The notes beneath the pieces are model-generated. The model did no database searches, was not told where the DNA came from, and was given only the letters and a program-made list of their open reading frames with translations. A stretch of 64,000 nt of DNA from the NCBI RefSeq assembly GCF_009914755.1, contig NC_060935.1, one strand, 5' to 3'. Positions within the stretch are counted from its first letter, which is position 1. Each line of letters begins with the position of its first letter. This document shows positions 55,021 through 64,000 of this stretch, piece after piece. This stretch comes from the human T2T-CHM13v2.0 reference genome, Homo sapiens. A program made the translations under genes and the position numbers.

Positions 55021-56888
55021 AAAAATAAAATATTCAAAATAGAAGCGGACATCGGCAAAAATCATCTTTTACAAATGAGTAGCTTGACCCCTTCAAATCA
55101 ACATAAATTAGACTCAGTAGAATTACTTACTGAAAATGAAAACGATTTACTTAACACGTATTGCACATTTTCTCAACATATTTCAAACTAGACGGCAATA
55201 ACTTTTTAGACATATACATTTTAAACATTCCTATGGTAGCAAAATGCTGTAATGGTTTCCTGGTGCTTTATGTTGGACTGGAAACCAAACAAATACATTA
55301 AACTGTTAAAATCACAATGAAATACAAATAAATATATGCACTGGTAAATTTCTCCGACTACAATTCTCAGCTGATTTTTAGAATATCTCAGATTTTTGGC
55401 ATTTTACCAGTTATTCCGCAAATATGATCCAATTAGCCAAAAACAAATGTTTAATATTATTAAAATGCTGTATTATAGCAAACATCATTAAACGTATCAA
55501 AATTAGTGAGTCATTACTTTCACTTTGACAATAATATTAAAAAGAAATAATAATGACACATTTTATTAAAGCCTATCCTTGTAATAGGAAGGGCTTACTA
55601 GATTACTCAAGAATTCTTGCCACTTTAAAATTCATCAGTTTTTATCATTGAAAAAACAATTCTACTTACAACGTAATTAAATTATATTTTGAAATTTATC
55701 TATGGACAAAAACTTACCATTCCTTAGAGATTTTTTAATTCTCTAAATTACACAGCCTAAGAAATCATCAAGCATTTTAATATTTCATCTGGGACAGATG
55801 AAATAAAATTTTGTAACATGTGATCCACAACTTATTCTAGCAACATCTTCCAAAACCTTGATGGATTTCTGAGTACATTTGTTTCAGTATTCGAAATTTT
55901 AACTATTTGAATATATAGCAAATCCAATAGCCCTTGCTTTGCTAAGATTTAGGTTTATTTATGCTATTTTCATTATAGTTAATATATGATCAGTTATACT
56001 CTATATGAAAAATTATTTTCCCTTATTCTGTTCTACAGATAATAAGCTAAAAAAATTAAAAATAGAGAAGTGTGTTTAAGTTTCCTGACAAGCAGTTTCA
56101 GAGTTCATCTGGATGTGTTCTGTCAAAATATGCATAAATTTCCTAGATATTGAAAACAACAGCCCAGCTCATCAGTGCCTATATACTGCAGCCTTTTTCT
56201 TTCTTCAGAAACACAGATAATTTTATGCAGGAATTTACCAATCTACAAAAATTTACACAATGCTCAGCAATAACCAGTAATTATTGTGGGATAATGTAAG
56301 GTGCTTTTGAGGAATATAACTTTGATAGGATAGGGCTTACAAGCTTTACCAATTTATCTTTAGCTGTCCTGTCATTGGTGCTTAAAAGGTTAAGACTTTA
56401 TTTGTGAAAACATAGAGAGATAGTGGGGAATCATGTTGTCTACAGCTTCATAAATCTTGCTTAAGATCCTTTTCAATTACCATCCATTTCTCCTTTAAAA
56501 AGGGACAAAAAAAATAGAGGAGTGGAAGCAGGTCAGGGCAGTGTGCGACAATGACAGTGTGATGGGCTTGGGCCCCCCGTGGCGTTTCCATCTGCTATCA
56601 TTAAGGTGACTACTCAGACATGAACAAATCCCTCTTGCTGTGCTGACAGGCAGACTTCAAGAACTATGACAAGGCATTAAGACAGAAAGTCACAGACAGA
56701 GATAGAGAGAGAGAAGGAGATGTCATATTCCACCAACAATACTGCCTTGCAAAAACACCTCTAAAATTTTATTGGAATTCAAAATAAAAAATGTTTCATG
56801 AAGGGTGCTACTTGACTTCTCAAATCCGCTTTCAAATTAGCTCTCCCCTGGAAAGATTGAGGACAGAAAACAAACCCCTTGCTCCTAC

Positions 56889-57052
56889 CTGTATGCTCTA
56901 CCATAAGAGACCCAAATTTTTTGCTCATTCTTCAGCGAAAGTGGATTCTTAATTTCTTGGCCATTCTCATCAAAAAGCCGCATTGAAGAATAATTGAGGC
57001 CTGGTGGGTTGATGGAAGAACCTTGAAGCCTTTGATGAATCTTGAGAAGTAA
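56889..57052 (-). CDS. DCDC1: DCDC1 exon B (164 nt, phase 0-2): LLLKIHQRLQGSSINPPGLNYSSMRLFDENGQEIKNPLSLKNEQKIWVSYGRAY(R)
   Basis: Acceptor ccaaccAG|TTA and donor AG|GTAGGA. RLF..NG..I...L.....WVS.G is the typical C-terminal half of a doublecortin domain. The supplied ORF track reports only a different frame here. Confidence 0.92.
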
Positions 57053-57254
57053 CTGGTTGGGGGTTAGAGGGGCAGAGGGGATAGAGGAGAATAAATAACC
57101 TAAAATGGGAACATCTGTAATAAACTGTCTCTACTCTGTAACAAATGAAGTCCAAACAAATGATAATTAAATTCATATAGAATGTTAAAAGAAGTGTGAA
57201 ATGACGGCAATGTTTAGCTCAGTGTAAAGTAACAAAATGAGCATGGGCTTTTAA

Positions 57255-57269
57255 CCAGCAGGGGGTGCC
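57255..57269 (+). promoter_or_regulatory. Candidate CTCF core motif CCAGCAGGGGGTGCC
   Basis: One mismatch to the consensus CCASYAGRKGGCRSY. Motif only; no binding data. Confidence 0.4.
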
Positions 57270-59211
57270 ACAGGCTTGTGATTGAGCTCTGACCCTTTGG
57301 CACGGGGACTGAAAGCAGATGTGACAGTCTTACAGAAAGAGCATTTAGCTTCTACACATGGTAACGGTCCTCTTTGATAAGGGTTACGCTTTTCTTGTCT
57401 GAGCTACACATTTTGTTAGGGGCCTTCCAGACCACGTTCAAGTTTCACAATCACCAATCTCCCTGTCCCCAGCAAATCTCAGGTAACCAGTAGTAGGACA
57501 ACTGCCAAAATTAAAATGACTTTTAGCCTAAGTTGGTTCACTTACAAAGATCTCTCCCTAGAAGCATTTTAATTATGAACCCTGAAATAGCTTGTGGACA
57601 TCTTCAATAATGAATGTTTTTAAGTTGTAAGAAAGACATCATGGAAGTGTGAAGTATGAAAAGCTGTCATTTAATATTTAAGATAATAGCATTATCAGTG
57701 TTTGCTTCTATCTTGCATTTAGAGTCTCTAAATTATCAAGATATTTCTAATTTAGGGCATATTTCAAATATAAAGTAAATCTAACAGAACTGTGCTGCAT
57801 ATGGTATTTGAAAAGACATTTTTCATTATCCTCTGTCACCTTTGTTTAAGTGTTTCAGCCTTTGCTCTTCCTTGCTCTGCACTCCACCCTATCCATCACT
57901 CTTCCCCCAGCCTTCTGTCACGGGGTTCCTTTTCATCTCTCCCTTGTCAGTTCTTGTGTCTCTCGGTTTCTTGTTATCCTGTAATCCCTGCAGGGATGTA
58001 GATATAGCTGTGGTCTTTTCTGGCCTAACTGCAGTTCAGGGTCCTTTCTTTTCTTTTCTTTTTTGCTCCTCTATTAATCCCCATTGAGGGTATATTGAGA
58101 AGTGCTAAATGCTGAGGCTTAGAGGAAAGAAGGGAAAGTCACAGGTCTTCCATGCATCTCAGGTGTCTCACGATTGGCTGTAAACTCTTGACTGAGCAAA
58201 TATTTCTTTTGACCAGAAACTGCATGTATAGGATCTAAGTATTAGGCTTTGTCCTACTTAGAGATACGTAATAGTATCTCCAACTTAGTGTTTTCATTAG
58301 CTGAAGATTTTTAGTCTTGAGCATTGGAAAGGCATTAATACTTCCCATCCAGCATAGCCAATTCCTTTGAATTAAAAATGATCATTACTCTCCTCTTTAG
58401 GTGTATAAGAGGCAAAGGTGTTAGAATAGTAAAAATCTATATTGCCTTGGTTATTTTTCCATGGAAATGGCAAACATATTTTGAAATCTATAGATTGTAT
58501 TTCTAAAGCCCTACATTTATTTTTGTGTGGTTTCAGCTCTTGAGCTTATTTTTGTTGCTTTGCTATTATTTCAGAAAACATGTTATGCTGATCATTTTTT
58601 AAATCACAGAGACTTTGCTTTACAGGCATCACCTTTTTATAAAAAGGAATGATACCAAAGATTTAAGGCCTGATCCAGGAAGGAAATGTGTGTACAAAGA
58701 AGAGGGATGCGAGGTAGACATGTGATGTGAGCATCTGACCACTTAACCAAATTCACTTTCACAGGAGTTGCATTGCAATCTCTATTTTCTCAAGTTGGTG
58801 ACAGACTGCATTTTAGGTGTTCAAAGATGAGCATTCAACAGTCTTCAGGAGGTAAGGGCCTCTGTGCCCTTCATCTTTAGGTCATTGGTTAGGGCTTTGC
58901 TGTGGCAACCAAAAATTGTGATAATCTTCACCCATTTATCTTTAAAGCTATCATCACCAGGCCTTTATAGCATAAGAATTTGTTCAAGAACCTGAAAAGA
59001 GTGTGAAACATCTTAGGCTAGTGATTGAAACACGTGTCCACACAAGGGAGCAGTTGTCCTTGGGTGGTGTCACAAGGGCTCTCCCAAAGAACTTTATAAT
59101 GCCCCTAATTAATGTTTTTGCCCCAGATTTATTGCATACAGAAGCACAGCACAGCTCAATTTCAGTGTGCTATAAGTCAACACAAAAAGTTTCTATAGAA
59201 TAATATCTTCA

Positions 59212-59425
59212 TTTTTTTTTTTTTTTGAGACAGGGTCTCACTCTGTCACCCAGGCTGGAGTGCAGTGGTGTGATCTCAGCTAAATGCAACCTCAGCATCC
59301 CAGGCTCAAGTGATCCCCCCACCTCAGCCCCCGAGTAACTGGGACTACAGGCACATGCCACCATGCCAGGCTAATTTTTTTTATTTTTTGTAGAGACAGG
59401 ATTTTGCCATGTTGCTCAGGCTGGT
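59212..59425 (-). mobile_element. 5'-truncated AluJ (right arm plus end of left arm)
   Basis: Poly-T then gagacagggtctcactctgtcacccaggctgg...ctcaagtgatcc...gccatgttgctcaggctgg. Confidence 0.88.
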
Positions 59426-60349
59426 AAAATATTCTAATGTAAAAAGCCGGGGAGACAGGTGAAAAATCCTATGAAGGCCTTTGTGTCATGGTGATTTGTG
59501 TAATCAGTTATGTTATGGTAAAAAGAAACCAGCCAAGGCTCTGGATCCTTCTCTCTCTAATCAAAGTAGCTTTTCTTCCTCTCTTCCAGGTCCAGCTAAT
59601 GATCCAATGAGAGCATCCCAATTCATATACAACTTTTTCGATTGGCTGTAAAAGCCAGGTAATGGATACCACCAGGAGAGGTAAGTCTGAGGGTGCTGAA
59701 CTGAAGGGAGAAAAAGGGAGCAAGTTACTGAACAAAGGCAAGGCAAGAGAGCCCAAAACACTGCTGTGCGCTCGGGTGCATAACCCCAATTTGTAAACAA
59801 CAGGCTGTTCAGTGTCCTTTTATGCAAGACAAAGACCCAAAATAAAGAGCCTGAGCATGTTGGTTCTGCCTGAGAAACATCCCAATTGTCTGGAAAACAG
59901 AAAAAGGTAAGAGTGCCTAAGATGTAAGCAAAACTAGCTGAACTTGCTCACAATGAGCAGGGAGAAGACCAAGGCTGCATGTTAATTACTCAGAATCTAG
60001 GGTTTAGAAATACCCTAGATCCAGGGCATACCCTCCACTGAATATATCACTTTTTTTTACTGTAAACAAGAGGGAAATCCTGATGTATCAAAACCAGGGC
60101 CAAGCATAGACAGATTCCAAATATAAGCATGAAGAAGGTTAAGAAACCATTAGGTATGGAGTTCAGGAGTTAACACTATACTAACGCTGAAAGCCTAAGA
60201 AATTCAGAAGTAAATCTTTGTGATATCAGTCTTTACAGATCAACAAACCATTGATCTTCTGCAAACAACTTTAAGATGTAATTGTCTAAATTAGTTGCAA
60301 GTAACTTGCAAGACACTTAAAGTCATAAGTAAACTGTCAGTAAACTCAC

Positions 60350-60451
60350 TCTTTCCATCATATGGTCAGTTTGAATTGGGCTATCCGATCCCAAATCTTT
60401 TTTACTGATACCAACAGAGATCTCTCCAGTGTTTTTACCATTTTCAAATAC
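60350..60451 (-). CDS. DCDC1: DCDC1 internal exon A (102 nt, phase 0-0): VFENGKNTGEISVGISKKDLGSDSPIQTDHMMER; start of a DCX-like domain
   Basis: Acceptor atttttcAG|GTATTT and donor AGA|GTGAGT. Open frame joins exon B in phase. Peptide recalled as DCDC1/DCDC5. Confidence 0.9.
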
Positions 60452-62929
60452 CTGAAAAATAAACATATTCAAAAATAAAAATAAATACATGCACACATAC
60501 ATACATATATTCATACATACTTAGATAAATTTAGGCAGTCATCCTTTTTCATGGTACCATGTCAACTGAAAATTGTGTACATGGGAATTGTGCAAAGCAA
60601 GGACCGACTGTATAAACACATGTGAGTAAGTAATTGGCAATGGAATCAACAGCACTAAAAGAAAAGAAAGGCTCCTGCTTCTCCTTTTGGTTTCAGTGTC
60701 TAATTTGACTGGCATACCCTACAATCTTATAATAGAAGAAAATGTGGACATTAAAGGAGGAATCACTGACCACAGCGGATGCTTAAATGAAGCAAGTGTC
60801 AAAAAAAAAAAAAAGTCAATAGCAACCTAACTAGCTCATTTTGTTCTTCATAAAGCCACAAATAAGGTAAGGAATATTCATACTTTGGTTTATACTTAAA
60901 TATATCAGCGTTCAGCTAATCTTTTGGCACACTAAAAGGAAATTTAACCTGACAGATTTATTGCATAACAGTGTGATGAAAGTCATCCATTTTAAGTGCA
61001 CATATCCAAAAAGTTGTTGAGAACAGAGATAAAATTCATAACATTGCATTATGTAACACTCGCTGGGGAAAAAAAAAAAATGCTAGCAAACATTCTGGTC
61101 AAAAGGATCTGAATAAACCAGTCCCGACAGGATGGCTTCACTAGAGTGAACACCACCCCTCCAACCACGCGGAGGATCCATGTGGGGTGTGCCATTCACC
61201 AGGCAAGAAAGGAAGCAGCTGAGAGAGGGGCCTGATGAATAATTTAAATCCCTGCTTTTTATTTTTTTTCTCAAAAGTTCTTTTCTTCCCTCTCTGATAT
61301 GCCCATCACATCAGCAGAGCCATTTTATTTATTTCTAGTGCTATTTCCAGAGAAGATAATTTGGAAGAATATTTATTTAAAAATGAAAAAAAAAAACTAC
61401 CTTTTTTATATTTTTTGAGAAAGTTTTTGAAATGTATTTAATTGTCTCAACCTGGTTTTAGAAATAATGTGTTTCAATAACACTTCCTCAGCCTTTAGTC
61501 ATAAAAAAAGAAAAATAAAAAGAGTAGTAATGTCAAAAATTGCAGGTTTCATTCCAGTCAGTGACGTTCATTGAGCTACTGATAGTCCAGTCAAGAACCT
61601 ACAGCTTTCAGCCTTGGTGCACTGAGGATTATTTTTAAGTAATAATCCTGAGTAAAGATACAATTCTGAGTAAAAAAAATCTCTCTACTTTTCCAAGGAA
61701 ACTGGTAAACCCAACTTTTGCCTGCAAACCTATGGAAAATAATGTGGGAAAAGACTCTTACTGTCCCCATAATCTCTTCAGGGCTCAACTTTGGAACAAA
61801 ACTCTTAAGCAACAGAGAAATTTAGCAGTGAAGGTCACAATTCTAGGTGGCATGTATTCTACAAGGTTAGTGTTGACAAAAGCTCAGTTTGGAGAACTTA
61901 TTGATGTTCCTTTGTCGAGACTTGCTAGACATGGAGTCAGAGTGCAGCAAATTATATTCTAGAAAATAGCAGTGCCAAGTGCTAACTGCTAACCTGAGAA
62001 AGCAGAGACGTCTTGGTCAACACCTAATACCTTCATTAGCTCACTACTTTCTTCACTGCTGATAATAAGCCTTCCCTTCTACATCCAGAAAAGTGTTCTC
62101 AAAAATAAAAATAAAAATTGGCTGTGACCTCTGCAAATCCTACAAGGGCATAAAAAAAAGAGATATTTTAGTGGTTATATAAAAGTTTAGATGCTTAAGT
62201 GAAGGGAGGCTGCCCTCCACTAGTCATACATATAATGTGTTTTCACTGTGTGTCCAAAAACCTAAAAATTCTCCAAACTGAAATCTTAAGAGATTCTGTT
62301 TTTCTTAAAACTCAGCTCTAGTTTTTAAGCTCTATATTAATATGCCTATTTTTAAAATGCAATATATATACCAAAATATATTTATTTACTTATTCCTCCT
62401 TTGCCTGAGGAATATTTTTATTTCCAATATCCAATGTTTAAACAAAGATAGCTTTCTAAAGAGAGAGTTTCTATGATTGACTTAGATACGGGAAAATTAA
62501 AAGTAGTCTACCTTTATTTTCTTCCTGCCCAATTCTTGGCTTAAGAAAAATCAGCTGCTGTATTGGCTTCCCAGTGGCTCTCTGCATGGCCTCACCTCCC
62601 TATAGCTCTAAAATTAAATTCTCACCCTTGGAGTGGGATGATGCAGAAAGCCAGCTGAGGCTAGCCTTGGGTCCTAAGGAATAAGGTCATAGAACCTAAA
62701 AAATCATGATGCAGATCCTGTTGAAAAACATAGTAGCTAACAACTACTGAAGAAACATGTAGAAATAGGAATAAGTTACTTCTATGCCCTTAGCAACACA
62801 AAGTACAGAGTTTCAAGAGAGTGTTTTTTATGCACCACAGTCTTTTTACTTTCCTTCATGTCAATATTGACTTTTCTTAAGCTAAACTAAATTAGATTAA
62901 CACCGAAGTTTCATTGTAATGTCAATTTA

Positions 62930-63105
62930 TTCACTCAACAAATATTTACTGAGTGCCTACTACGTGCCAAGCACTGTTCAGGAACTTAAAAAGCATCAGT
63001 GAACTAAGATTCCTGCTCTCAATGTGTTTACCCTGTGCTGGACTAGAGGGAGGGGCCGACAATAAGCAATAAGCAGAACACAACAAATGAGTAAATCATA
63101 TAGCA
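62930..63105 (-). mobile_element. L2 3' end
   Basis: ttcactcaacaaatatttactgagtgcctactacgtgccaagcactgt. Confidence 0.75.
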
Positions 63106-63109
63106 TATT

Positions 63110-64000
63110 CAGGGTACACCTGGATCTTGTGAGACCTGAAGTTTGTATAATTTAGTGGGTCTTCTTTAACAAAAACAATGCAAAACTACAATGCAAAACT
63201 AGTTATGAAATACTCAGAATAAGAAAACAACTTACACAGATTAAAAAAGCTGACACGTAGCAAAAACATTAAAAATTCAGGAAAAGTCACAAAATATTTT
63301 CATTAACTATCCAAAGCACATTTTTTACTGCATTGTGTTTGATCACCTCTTCATATAGTAATTCTGTAACATTTTCTTTTTTGTTTGTTTGTTTTTTTAT
63401 TTTAAGTTCTAGGGTACATGTGCACAACGTGCATGTTTGTTACATATGTATACATGTGCCATGTTGGTGTGCTGCACCCATTAACTAGTCATTTACATTA
63501 GGTATATCTCTTAATGCTATACCTCCCCCCTCCCCCCACCCAACGACAGGCCCCAGTGTGTGCTGTTCCCCTTCCTGTGTCCATGTGTTCTCCTTGTTCA
63601 ATTCCCACCTATGAGTGAGAACACGTGGTGTTTGGTTTTTTGTCCTTGCAAGAGTTTGCTCAGAATGATGGTTTCCAGCTTCATCCATGTCCCTACAAAG
63701 GCCATGAACTCATCCTTTTTTATGGCTGCATAGTATTCCATGGTGTATATGTACCACATTTTCTTAATCCAGTCTATCATTGATGGACATTTGGGCAGGG
63801 CATAACCCCATCGTCTGTAACATCTTCTATAGAGATAATCGAAAGATAATCTGGCCTTATCTCTAGCATGGTTAATAAAAAAAAATTATTCTTGATTAGA
63901 AGTTTCTTTTGGCAACACAATTTCATTGGTCATTTCATTAAAAGTTTTAGGATTGATGCCACATTTTGGAAAACCTCAATCAGATTTCTTTAAAATATGA
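63110..64000 (+). mobile_element. hAT-Tip100 (Zaphod-like) DNA transposon remnant split by an L1PA
   Basis: cagggtacacctggatcttgtgagacctgaagtttgtataattt...tctttaacaaaaacaatgcaaaacta resembles a recalled Tip100-class 5' end. Confidence 0.5.
63378..63813 (-). mobile_element. 5'-truncated L1PA (L1PA5-like) 3' end with an 18-nt insert at its 5' junction
   Basis: Reverse 3'UTR and ORF2 end to 63795. TSD tctgtaacat(t/c)ttct at 63363-63377 and 63814-63828. Confidence 0.9.

Noticed and set aside
61690-61730. Possible extra minus-strand exon (attttccatAG|GTTTGCAGG...)
   Set aside because: The acceptor is plausible, but the donor (AA|GTAGAG) is poor and the short peptide is not recognisable. It cannot be supported without transcript data.

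Overview
This is AT-rich, repeat-dense primate DNA (most likely human; Alu J/S/Y and L1PA elements are present). It contains nine internal minus-strand coding exons (60451 down to 14561). All have GT-AG boundaries and compatible phases, and they splice into one stop-free frame of 1106 nt (368 codons + 2 nt). The peptide carries a doublecortin-like motif (VFENG...RLFDENG...WVSYG) followed by a ricin-B-lectin-like QxW repeat (DDSQKWVFGTDG). I recognise it from memory as the middle of DCDC1 (formerly DCDC5/KIAA1493, 11p13); no search was run. The gene starts and ends outside the window, and I see no CpG island, structural RNA gene or CRISPR array. The rest is intron, holding a decayed near-full-length L1PB, several L1PA/L1M pieces, about 11 Alu-family copies, MaLR/ERV LTRs, hAT DNA transposons, MIR and L2. 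I found no convincing new multi-gene system. The most unusual signals are local inverted or templated copies. These are (1) a near-perfect 90-nt pre-miRNA-sized hairpin at 34958-35047, (2) a 136-bp inverted copy of flanking DNA inserted into an MLT1 LTR, (3) a nested palindrome near an exon acceptor, (4) template-switch scars inside L1 copies, (5) a chimeric Alu, and (6) an Alu-flanked 396-nt in-frame exon block that could form a stop-free circRNA. Repeat subfamily names come from recalled consensus features, and repeat boundaries are approximate.
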